Below are positions 19,710 through 28,160 of a stretch of DNA of 64,000 nucleotides, piece by piece. Origin of the DNA: an uncultured Verrucomicrobiae bacterium (lineage in GTDB: Bacteria > Chlamydiota > Chlamydiia > Chlamydiales > Rhabdochlamydiaceae). The stretch covers positions 719,100 through 783,099 of the forward strand of contig CAWDYW010000003.1 of NCBI GenBank assembly GCA_963806855.1. Reading direction: 5' to 3'. Below the pieces are notes generated by a model that worked only from the letters and a program-made list of their open reading frames with translations, did no database searches and had not been told where the DNA came from. The stretch's first letter is position 1; the number at the start of each line of letters is the position of its first letter. The position numbers were made by a program, and so were the translations under genes.

Positions 19710-20350
19710 GCAAATAAATATACGCAATTATGCATATATTTAACAAGATATATGTATATTTTTTTGAGCTGCTGCGAACCCTTTCAAAAGTTGGAGAGTT
19801 TCTAGGACAAAATCTTAGTTGGACGGTAGTTCATGCAGCTGGACATCTATCAACTTGCCTTGCTCTCATTCCCTATTTAACAATAAAAAAATGGCCTTTG
19901 AATTCCTTTGTTTTGAATACAATAGCTCATACTTTATTTGGGTTTTCTAAGGACCTTATTGATAGAATTTCATGGGAGATTTCCTTATATAGTCAAGGCC
20001 TTGGAAGCAATTCCGATTTTACTAAGGTTTTTAATCGAACCGGAGTTTTAGGTGCTGTGGTTTTTGCTACAGGATGTATTGGAATGGGGGTTTTGGGAAT
20101 TAATAAACTCTTCAAGTCGTATCATGATAAAGATCTAATAAGGTTAAGTAGAAAAGATCAAATGATACAAGCCATCAGTTTTGCCTTTTTTACTTCTGCA
20201 ATCTTTTTTGCTTGGGATGTGATTCTGGAAAATTATCAACATCTTCTATCTATAGATCATCGGTATACTATTGCCCCAGTTTATTTCATCAACCCCGCTT
20301 TTATTGCCATAGATGCAATATTGATAAGCTGGCTAGCTGAACTATACTTA

Positions 20351-22387
20351 TCAAATAAAGCCAGGTTGACCTAGGCGCCACTTCACTGCGGCGATGGTGA
20401 GTGGGATAAAGGGATTTGTGTAGGTTTTGCGCAAGCAGCGGGCCGCTTCTTTAATCGTCGCGCCAGAGCCGATGTAATCGTCGAAGAGGATCAAGGCCCC
20501 TTCTGGCACTGTCGCAAACAATTGCACTTTCATTTTCTCATGGACATTATAATGACGCTGATCGTTGTTAAGCAGCTCTCCTTGCCGTTTTTCTGGCTCT
20601 GTTTGCCACATAAGCAGATCGGAGAGGCAGGGGACGTTGAAATGCTCGGCGAGGGCTTTGGCGTAGGCTAATTGAGCCTTCCAGGTCTTGGAGGGGATGG
20701 GGACGATCGCTCCAATTGGTTTGGGGAGAGTGTCAGCCTGTTTTATTAGCAATTTGACGATTTCTGGATCGGTCTCTTCGGTCTCTGCCCGCTGGCGCAT
20801 GAAGCGGGAGAAGATGGGCGTGCGCATTTTGCCATCCAAGAGGCTGAGGCCTGGCGAAATCGAGCTTGTACGGGCGCCGGCGATCGGAATGGGGCGCATC
20901 GAGAGCCACAGTTGGGCAGCGCTTGCATCGGGTAGGGCCGGAGGGGAGCTGCTCTGGCACACATCGCATCGTCCGCAGCCAGTCGCAGAAGGGTCGCCGA
21001 GGGCGTGGCGCAAGAGGGCCATGCGACAATCGGTTCGCTGCTCGGCGTAGGAGAGGATTTTGGCGAGCTCTTCGGTCTTGACTTGGTATTGGGTGGTGTA
21101 GCGGCTTAAGTCGAGTGTCTGCTCCTTTTGGTCGAGGAAATAGACTTGGGTCCCTTTGATACTCTCCTTGCGCAAGAAGTGCTGCTCGAGGAGCTCGGCG
21201 AGGACGATCGTCACGCGGGTCGGATGGAGGCCGGTGAGTCGTTTAATCGCTGTCATGTGGGGTGGCTCAGCCGCAGAGCCAACTGTCGAGAGGACTTCTT
21301 GGAAATTCTCCTCGGTGGGCAGGGCTGAATCGATGAAGTAGTCTTGCACCTTTTTGTCGGCGCTGTCGTAGAGCAAAATCCCTTCGGCTTTGAGCCCATC
21401 CCGCCCGCAGCGGCCCACCTCTTGGTAATAGGCGGTGATCGAGCCGGGGACATCGAAGTGGATGATGAAGCGGAGATCCTTTTTGTCGATCCCCATCCCA
21501 AGCGCAGTTGTGGCGGCGATCACCCGGAAGCTGTTCTGGGAAAAGGCCTCTTGGATTTTCCGCTTTTCCTCAGATTCGAGCCCTGCATGATAGGCAATGA
21601 TCGAAAGGCCGCGCGACTGGAGATAGTCGGCGACGATTTCAGCATTTTCACGGGTCGAGCAGTAGATGAGCCCCGTGCCTGCGATCTTGGAGAGGAGAGC
21701 CTCGCAGAGAGCTAGCTTAGCTGCCATGCCCTCGACTGGGATGACCGAGAGGTGGATGTTGGGCCGATCCATCTTCTCGCGCCAGACGAAAACGGATTCT
21801 GGCGCTGAGGAGAGCTGCCCGGCGATATCTTTTTCGACCCGCGCATCGGCCGTTGCGGTGAGTCCTAGAATTTTGAGCTGCGGTCTAGCCTCTTTGAGGG
21901 CGCGGCAAAACTGTAGAATGCACCGGTAGCTCGGCCGAAAATCGTGACCCCAGGTGGAGATGCAGTGGGCCTCGTCGATCACCAAAAGGTTGATCGGCAG
22001 ATGGAGCAGAAAGTCGAACCGATCGATGTGGTCGAGCTGTTCGGGGGAAGTGAAGAGGATCTGGAGCTGGCCTGCGAGGACCTTGCTGCGGGCGATCCCA
22101 TTCTCTTCCTCGGTCTGGTCGCTGTTGATCGAGGCGGCGGAGATGTGGAAACGGTGGGTCAGCTGGTCGATCTGATCGCGCATCAGGGCCAGGAGGGGGG
22201 AGACCACCAGTGTTAGGCCGCCAAGAAGGCAGGAGGGGAGCTGATAGAGGAGCGATTTCCCATAACCGGTCGGCTGGATGCAGAGGAGCCTATTGTGCTC
22301 CAAAAGGGCCTGCATCGCCTCGAGTTGGCCAGGACGGAAGGCCTCCATCCCGAACTTATCGCGTAGTAGAGTATGGAAATCGTACAT
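20351..22387 (-). CDS. RecQ family helicase with C-terminal phosphoribosyltransferase-like domain (RqlH-like)
   Basis: PTGYGKSL, DEAHCIS.WGHDFRP, QEVGRCGRDG, CGRCDVC, and PRT motif LFDDYIGSGAT. Confidence 0.9.
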   Translation of the reverse strand: MYDFHTLLRDKFGMEAFRPGQLEAMQALLEHNRLLCIQPTGYGKSLLYQLPSCLLGGLTLVVSPLLALMRDQIDQLTHRFHISAASINSDQTEEENGIARSKVLAGQLQILFTSPEQLDHIDRFDFLLHLPINLLVIDEAHCISTWGHDFRPSYRCILQFCRALKEARPQLKILGLTATADARVEKDIAGQLSSAPESVFVWREKMDRPNIHLSVIPVEGMAAKLALCEALLSKIAGTGLIYCSTRENAEIVADYLQSRGLSIIAYHAGLESEEKRKIQEAFSQNSFRVIAATTALGMGIDKKDLRFIIHFDVPGSITAYYQEVGRCGRDGLKAEGILLYDSADKKVQDYFIDSALPTEENFQEVLSTVGSAAEPPHMTAIKRLTGLHPTRVTIVLAELLEQHFLRKESIKGTQVYFLDQKEQTLDLSRYTTQYQVKTEELAKILSYAEQRTDCRMALLRHALGDPSATGCGRCDVCQSSSPPALPDASAAQLWLSMRPIPIAGARTSSISPGLSLLDGKMRTPIFSRFMRQRAETEETDPEIVKLLIKQADTLPKPIGAIVPIPSKTWKAQLAYAKALAEHFNVPCLSDLLMWQTEPEKRQGELLNNDQRHYNVHEKMKVQLFATVPEGALILFDDYIGSGATIKEAARCLRKTYTNPFIPLTIAAVKWRLGQPGFI

Positions 22388-22408
22388 GGCAGAGATTATC
22401 TGTTAAAG

Positions 22409-22604
22409 TTAACTATTTGTCTAGAAACCTGAACTTTGGGTTTATCTCGCTCAGCCTCAGGGATCTTTTCGCGAAATTGACTTTGCTTTTTCTCAAAAAT
22501 AGTGCCTTCGGCTATGATTTTCGAAAAAGCAAAGTCAATTTCATCGAAAATCTCTCCTGATTCTGAGGAGAGCAAACCCAAAGCTCAGGTTATAAAGAAG
22601 TTAA
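22409..22604. repeat. about 196-bp imperfect palindromic element
   Basis: Arms AACCTGAACTTTGGGTTT/AAACCCAAAGCTCAGGTT and GAAATTGACTTTGCTTTTTC/GAAAAAGCAAAGTCAATTTC; apical GCC-TTC-GGC. Confidence 0.9.
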
Positions 22605-22608
22605 AACT

Positions 22609-22680
22609 ATCCTGCTCAAAATGAAGAAAACGCCAATATGAGCAGGATGAATTGACTTAAATATCCTGCTCATCTAGAAT
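22609..22680 (+). promoter_or_regulatory. sigma70-type promoter with three ATCCTGCTCA boxes
   Basis: TTGACT-N17-TAGAAT (22652-22680); boxes at 22609-22618, 22638-22648 (inverted) and 22663-22673. Confidence 0.75.
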
Positions 22681-22687
22681 AAGGAAC

Positions 22688-24112
22688 ATGAAACCATTTG
22701 TTGGAAGAGAATCAGAATTACAAAGGCTTGACGATTTAGCCAAAGCGGGCAGGGCATGTTTAGTCGTAATTAAAGGACGAAGAAGGATCGGTAAAAGCCG
22801 GCTTGCTGAAGAATTTGGAAGACATAAAACATTTCTTTCTTTCAGCGGGTTAGCTCCAGTTAAGGGGGTGACAGCTCAAGATCAGAGAGATGCGTTTGCT
22901 CGTCAATTAGCGACCCTATTTCAACTACCTGCTTTTACTTTTAGTGACTGGAGTGACGGGTTTGCTTACCTCTCTAAATATCTATCAAAAAAGGCTACGA
23001 TCATTCTCTTTGACGAAATTTCATGGATGGGTTCGAAAGATCCAACTTTTACTTCCAAATTGCAAGTCTGGTGGGATCTGATGTTGCAAAAGCATTCCAA
23101 CGTTATCCTGCTTTTATGTGGATCGATTTCAACATGGATCGATAAGAATATTATCAATAGTACGGCTTTTTTTGGTCGCATTTCTCTTTATATCGAACTC
23201 AAAGAATTAACTATTCCTCAATGTAGAGAGCTTTTGAAACTCCAAGGATTTAAAGGATCTGATCTGGATGTTTTCAAAGTTCTCTGTGTCACTGGAGGAA
23301 TTCCCTGGTATCTAGAGCAAATTCAGGCTCATCTAAGTGCCGATGAGAATATTAAGCGTCTCTGCTTTGAGAAAAATGGTCTTTTGGTCCATGAATTTGA
23401 TCGGATCTTTAATGACCTCTTTAGCTCTAGAGGAGAAATCTATAAGAAGATTATCAAAATTTTAAGCGAGGGGATGAGAGATCGAGTTTCGCTTAAAAAG
23501 GCCCTCGGATATTCCTCAAGTGGGACCTTGAGTACTTATATGCAGGCTCTCGAAGTTTGCGGATTTGTCTCAAAGCATCCTGATTGGACAATAAAAACAG
23601 GTAAAATTGGAAAATCGATTCTCTATCGGCTTGCTGACAACTATCTACGTTTTTATATCCATTACATTGAGCCCAATCTCACAAAAATCGAACAAGAAGC
23701 CTTTATGGGGGTGCCTCTATCGAGTTTACCCGGATGGGAGCCAATGCTGGGATTCCAACTTGAAAATCTTCTACTGAAAAACAGGCCGCTTATTTATCAA
23801 GCGCTGGGTATTCATGCTCAAGATATCGTCATCGATAATCCTTATTTCCAAAAAGGATCAGGTCAAAAGAAAGGATGTCAAATCGATTATCTGGTCCAAA
23901 TGCAATCGAACACTTTATTTGTCTGCGAGGTCAAAATGCGTCGCCGCGAACTCGGCTTAGAGGTGATCGATGGGATGAAGACCAAAATTGGAGCGCTTAC
24001 TCTGCCGAAGGGGATTGGGGTTTCTCCCGTCCTATTTCATCTTGGGCCCATCTCCGATGCTCTTATGAGCAGTCGCTATTTTTATCGGATCATTGATATC
24101 GCAGATTTATAG
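22688..24112 (+). CDS. archaeal-type AAA ATPase with wHTH and PD-(D/E)xK-like C-terminus
   Basis: FVGRESEL, GRRRIGKS, FDEISW, CGS, TGGIPWYL, QIDYL..CEVK. Confidence 0.88.
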   Translation: MKPFVGRESELQRLDDLAKAGRACLVVIKGRRRIGKSRLAEEFGRHKTFLSFSGLAPVKGVTAQDQRDAFARQLATLFQLPAFTFSDWSDGFAYLSKYLSKKATIILFDEISWMGSKDPTFTSKLQVWWDLMLQKHSNVILLLCGSISTWIDKNIINSTAFFGRISLYIELKELTIPQCRELLKLQGFKGSDLDVFKVLCVTGGIPWYLEQIQAHLSADENIKRLCFEKNGLLVHEFDRIFNDLFSSRGEIYKKIIKILSEGMRDRVSLKKALGYSSSGTLSTYMQALEVCGFVSKHPDWTIKTGKIGKSILYRLADNYLRFYIHYIEPNLTKIEQEAFMGVPLSSLPGWEPMLGFQLENLLLKNRPLIYQALGIHAQDIVIDNPYFQKGSGQKKGCQIDYLVQMQSNTLFVCEVKMRRRELGLEVIDGMKTKIGALTLPKGIGVSPVLFHLGPISDALMSSRYFYRIIDIADL

Positions 24113-24117
24113 CAAAA

Positions 24118-25575
24118 TTAATTGCAGATATATTCCAAAAGAATGCTGATCATAGTTTGAGACCCTTGGGCTAGGTCCAATGGGGTCTGATGGGTATGGG
24201 TCAGGACATTTGGGTCGGCATTGTTTTCCAAAAGCGTCGCTACTGTGTTGATTTGACCTTGAGCGACGGCTAAGTGGAGGGCGGTATAACCATTCTGAAT
24301 GATCCTTTGATTTGTATCTGCTCCATGCTCTAAAAGAAGCTTCGCCATTTTTGGACGATTGAAGCTGATAATCAAAGGGGATGCTCCAGTGCGATCAGCG
24401 ATGTTTGGATTAGCATTATATTTTAGAAGCAGTTCTCCGCTCTGTTCTTCTCCTTTCTTCAATGCGAGGCAGAGGGGTGTTTCACCTTTTTCATTTTGAA
24501 TATTTGGGTTTGCCCCATTTTTCAATAAGACCTCGGCAGTTTCGAGTTGTCCATTTTGCGCAGCAAAGTGCAAAGCAGTATTGCCATCTGGATTTGTTTG
24601 ATAATCGATCTCTGCACCATGATCCAAAAGGAGCTGGGTAATTTCTGAGTCGCTGGTGTTAAGACATAGGGGAGAAAATCCGGAGAAATCAAGGATGTTG
24701 GGATCGGCCTTAAGCTTGAGAAGCAGTGCTACAACATTTTTTTGTCCCTCTCGAACACCCAGATGAAGAATTGTTTCACCTTGATTATTTTGAAGATTTG
24801 GATTGACGCCTTTGATTGGCAAATTTTTTACGCAGCAAATAAGAAATGTTCGCAAATTTTGAAATGAGTTTGAATAAATGCCTTTATTTTGTTTGGCAGG
24901 GCAATGGATAAATATCTGGAGGAAATCGTCAAGAGTTAAAACTTTAAGATTTTGCAATGTCTTTTCGGGGTTGATTAACAGAATTTTTTTGGAAATATAT
25001 TTTTCTGGAAGTAGTCCCGTATTAGAGAACTCTTCAACTTCTTCAAGTATCTCTCTTAAATAGGTGGTTGCTTCAACAAAGTTATCCCCTTGATATCCAA
25101 ATGCGCGAGCTCGACCCAATAGAGCTCTATCTGAATGAACTTTTCCATGTGGATTGAGCAGTGCTACTTTAGGTAAATCGGACCATGGGAGATGGGATGC
25201 AATTTCTTGCATAAGCTCGTTTGGTAGAAGTTCCAGGTGAGGGAGGAGATTTTCAATTCTAGTCTGCGCTGAACACACTTTTTCTTCTTGACCGAACATC
25301 ATTTTTGCAAAACAGTTTAGCTTGGCAGCCTTAGACAAATATCCTTCGGTAATCTCTGCTGATTTTGCATTCAAAAAACTTAAGAGTTCGCAATTGGATA
25401 ATGTTGAGTATTCATCTTTATAATCAGGGTCATATTTCAAGCCACGCGCGATGACCTCTTCTATCTTATTTAAGACGGAGATAGCCGATCCGGTTGGCTT
25501 TTTATCTGTTTCGACGATATGGAACACATCTTGTTCAATAATAACATCGAAAAACTTTTTTGTTGATTCAATCAT
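24118..25575 (-). CDS. F-box + ankyrin repeat protein (effector-like)
   Basis: F-box LLPNELMQEIASHL; about 6 ankyrin repeats (GETILHL, GNTALHFA, GETPLCLA, GYTALHLA). Confidence 0.88.
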   Translation of the reverse strand: MIESTKKFFDVIIEQDVFHIVETDKKPTGSAISVLNKIEEVIARGLKYDPDYKDEYSTLSNCELLSFLNAKSAEITEGYLSKAAKLNCFAKMMFGQEEKVCSAQTRIENLLPHLELLPNELMQEIASHLPWSDLPKVALLNPHGKVHSDRALLGRARAFGYQGDNFVEATTYLREILEEVEEFSNTGLLPEKYISKKILLINPEKTLQNLKVLTLDDFLQIFIHCPAKQNKGIYSNSFQNLRTFLICCVKNLPIKGVNPNLQNNQGETILHLGVREGQKNVVALLLKLKADPNILDFSGFSPLCLNTSDSEITQLLLDHGAEIDYQTNPDGNTALHFAAQNGQLETAEVLLKNGANPNIQNEKGETPLCLALKKGEEQSGELLLKYNANPNIADRTGASPLIISFNRPKMAKLLLEHGADTNQRIIQNGYTALHLAVAQGQINTVATLLENNADPNVLTHTHQTPLDLAQGSQTMISILLEYICN

Positions 25576-25590
25576 ATTATCCTTACATTA

Positions 25591-25717
25591 ATTATATATT
25601 AATTAATTAAAAATGTCAATTAATATTATTATAATGTAAGTCGCTTGTAATAAACGTATTGCACATATAAGCGTTAGTAATACAAGCGTTGACATTTAAT
25701 TAACTTATAGTTATAAT
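25591..25717. promoter_or_regulatory. divergent perfect-consensus promoters
   Basis: TTGACA-N17-TATAAT on - (25619-25591) and on + (25689-25717), both with TTAATTAA in the spacer. Confidence 0.85.
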
Positions 25718-25740
25718 TTGAGTATGTAGTTTAATAAAGG

Positions 25741-26439
25741 ATGTGTGAAATGATTGCTCTAAATAACGGTATTTCAGGAGATTTTGCCATAAAAGTGGCT
25801 CCAGATGAAGTGGTGGCTTTAGACGGAGGCGCTGATGAGGACGACCAAAAACTGCTCCCATCCGATACACCAAGTGTGACTTGGGGGGATTTTTACTTAT
25901 TCAGCAAATGGGAACGGACAGGTATATATATAAAACCCTTTGAGGATTGCAAAGACGAAGTTGAATTAATACGAGATAAAACTACTGGTAAAACATATTT
26001 GTATGCTAGGGCAACCAATGAAGATGACCCAGACACTGAAGATGATTTTCTGATCGAAACTCGAATTAAGTGCCTTGCTTTAACTTTCTTTACTCCAGTA
26101 GTGCAGCCTCTGGCATCTAGTTTTAATGTGGTCAAAAGAGTTCTAAGATTAGTCTCAGGTTACAATTTCTGGCCCGAAGAATTTACAGAAAAACCATATG
26201 ATTTTAAAGCGAACCTCTTTAATGCAGGTAAAGACGTAGTCAGAATCATCGGTACTCCATTTGCCCTAATCGGTTTAGAAGCTGCGGCGATTTACGGGAT
26301 AATTAGTCCACTTAATGGAAGAAAGCTCTATGCGGCTATCGAACGAGCGATGTACGATGAGTGGAGATTAGCTCCATGTTTTCAACCTGATATAAAGCCC
26401 CATTCACTCAAAACCTATGACGAGAAGAAGGCTTTCTAA
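25741..26439 (+). CDS. hypothetical protein
   Basis: 232-aa ORF with promoter and hydrophobic C-terminal segments. Confidence 0.7.
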   Translation: MCEMIALNNGISGDFAIKVAPDEVVALDGGADEDDQKLLPSDTPSVTWGDFYLFSKWERTGIYIKPFEDCKDEVELIRDKTTGKTYLYARATNEDDPDTEDDFLIETRIKCLALTFFTPVVQPLASSFNVVKRVLRLVSGYNFWPEEFTEKPYDFKANLFNAGKDVVRIIGTPFALIGLEAAAIYGIISPLNGRKLYAAIERAMYDEWRLAPCFQPDIKPHSLKTYDEKKAF

Positions 26440-26612
26440 GAGCCATTCCCGGTGTGAATTCCTCGAGGAGGTTCGGGATATTTTCTAGCGAGTTTACCCC
26501 ATTTTTCGAAGTTCAATATCTCACTGAGCTATATGGACTTCGAAAAATGGTGGTAAAATCGCAGAAAAGATTCCCGAAGATCGTCGAGGAGGCACATCGG
26601 GAATGGCTCCTA
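26437..26612. repeat. about 176-bp TA-bounded imperfect palindromic element (MITE/RPE-like)
   Basis: GAGCCATTCCCG..CGGGAATGGCTC ends; inner CCATTTTTCGAAGT/ACTTCGAAAAATGG arms. Confidence 0.9.
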
Positions 26613-26698
26613 ATAGATTTGATTGCATTAAATTATTATAATTTGTTATAATAGGTTTATCTGCACCAGAAGGGTGCTTATTTAAATTGAGGTATATT

Positions 26699-26812
26699 AT
26701 GTATTACGAAAAATGGAGTCGGCCAGACCGATCTCAACAAGTTTCACAACCAAGTCAACAATCCCTCCTTCCTTCTTTTACCCTAATGGGTATGTTTAGC
26801 CTGCTGGGCTAA
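26699..26812 (+). CDS. candidate 37-aa small ORF
   Basis: TTGCAT-N18-TATAAT promoter, GAGGT RBS, MYYEKWSRPDRSQQVSQPSQQSLLPSFTLMGMFSLLG. Confidence 0.4.
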   Translation: MYYEKWSRPDRSQQVSQPSQQSLLPSFTLMGMFSLLG

Positions 26813-27047
26813 TAATCTTTAATTCTCACTACAGCTACTTATTAAATTTTTTGGACGTTAAAAACTAATTTTTTAGTTTTTCTAATCTGAAAAAATGGCC
26901 TTCTGAGCCTCTCGAGGACTTTTCGTCTTCAGATTAGGTGTGCAAGTCCTTTATATTCAGATAGTTATGTCCATAAAAGCTAAAAATGTCCGCAGATCTT
27001 TTTGACTCTGCGATGTAAGAAATATTTTTAAAAATTATGGAGTTTAT

Positions 27048-28160
27048 ATGATTAAAACCACTCATGATACCGAACCAATTTCGATTAAGGATTTGGTTCC
27101 CAATGCAGAAAACTATGCAAAGAAAATCGATAAAAAAACGCTTCAGACGGTGCTTAAAAACCATCTTGGAGTGATCGGATTGAGTCTCGCTGCGATCAGG
27201 GCGTTTGTCCAAGGAGATATGCCCGATCCGTTGGTAGGGGAAAATGCGTGCCAAATTCGCGCGGCCTACTATTGCGCTCAGGCGGCCGACCCGAAGAAGA
27301 TGCAGGCTCTCTCTGAGATCTGTCCAAAATTGGAAGATCTTATGGAGAGAATTTCCAAGGTGAAATTGCCTGATAAGGGTGAGACCTGGGATGAGGTCTT
27401 GAAGCAGAACGATTTGGATCTCAAGATTCCGCCGATCGTTGCGCCGATTCTCTATGGCCATATTTTGACAATCTCTAAAAACTCTGAGCTTACGATTGAG
27501 AAGAAGCAGCTCGCGCTTAAAGAGGAGTGCGATCCAAAGAAATTGACAGAGGTCTCGAATGGCAGTGCTCGCGAATTGATCAAGCATGCCAGGAGGTCTT
27601 TGTCGGCTTGGTCGGTTCAGTATCTTCGCGATGAAGCGGCACATTTGGGGCTTGAAGGGCCACAGAATGTCTTGACCGACAATATGGGTCTTCAGACTGC
27701 TCCAGCGACGCCTGGAATGAAGGTTCTTCTCGCTGGGATGAAGGCAAACGGCCTCATGATCGTCCTTAAAAATCGGATTAGAGATGAAGAGGGGAGCGAG
27801 AGGGGGCAGGTGACTCTTCATTATAGCCCGGTGGGGAGAGAGCGGAGTTACCAGGTCATCAAGCCTAGTCAAGAAGATATAGGCCGTCCGGCGATGATCA
27901 TTGAGGCGGTATCGATCTCAACCCGCACTCCAGAGCAATTGGAGTCGGAAATGATTGCGGAGGGGTTCGAGCCGATGCTCTGGGCCAACTTCGCTGCTCA
28001 CCCGCAGTATGGGGGTGGATGCAAGTTGATCGAGCCTGACCCTTACGAGGAGCGGGAGAGGTGGCATGAATACGCCAGGCAGAAGGGGCTTTGCGCTGCG
28101 AATCCCGATCTTTGCCGGATGTACCACATCTTCGCCGGTCGAGTGGGAGGTGCCATATGA
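27048..28160 (+). CDS. hypothetical protein, first gene of a DUF917-hydantoinase operon
   Basis: 370-aa ORF, GGAG RBS, ATGA overlap with the next gene. Confidence 0.75.
   Translation: MIKTTHDTEPISIKDLVPNAENYAKKIDKKTLQTVLKNHLGVIGLSLAAIRAFVQGDMPDPLVGENACQIRAAYYCAQAADPKKMQALSEICPKLEDLMERISKVKLPDKGETWDEVLKQNDLDLKIPPIVAPILYGHILTISKNSELTIEKKQLALKEECDPKKLTEVSNGSARELIKHARRSLSAWSVQYLRDEAAHLGLEGPQNVLTDNMGLQTAPATPGMKVLLAGMKANGLMIVLKNRIRDEEGSERGQVTLHYSPVGRERSYQVIKPSQEDIGRPAMIIEAVSISTRTPEQLESEMIAEGFEPMLWANFAAHPQYGGGCKLIEPDPYEERERWHEYARQKGLCAANPDLCRMYHIFAGRVGGAI

Larger units (their letters stand above)
17486..19780 (-). mobile_element. IS607 family insertion sequence (tnpA serine recombinase + tnpB)
   Basis: GG core (CC on +) at both junctions, 17484-17485 and 19779-19780; MerR-HTH serine recombinase followed by tnpB; ATGCA-type short repeats near both ends. 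Confidence 0.9.
17249..20374 (+). pseudogene. M50-like membrane zinc metalloprotease split by IS607 (halves 17249-17485 and 19781-20374)
   Basis: HELAH in the 5' half; AAG and NSDF motifs with TM segments in the 3' half; removing the IS gives an in-frame 276-aa ORF (..QGPAT|LSKVGEF..). Confidence 0.8.

Noticed and set aside
17486..19780. IS607 as an IStron (group I intron-IS chimera)
   Set aside because: tnpA starts about 70 bp from the left end, leaving no room for a ribozyme, and the element is antisense to the host gene
22210..22581. ORFs 22210-22560 and 22396-22581 (and 26454-26651)
   Set aside because: They lie over palindromic elements or are antisense to recQ, with no RBS or family motif
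26934..27872. 312-aa minus-strand ORF
   Set aside because: Antisense shadow of the operon-coupled 27048-28160 gene
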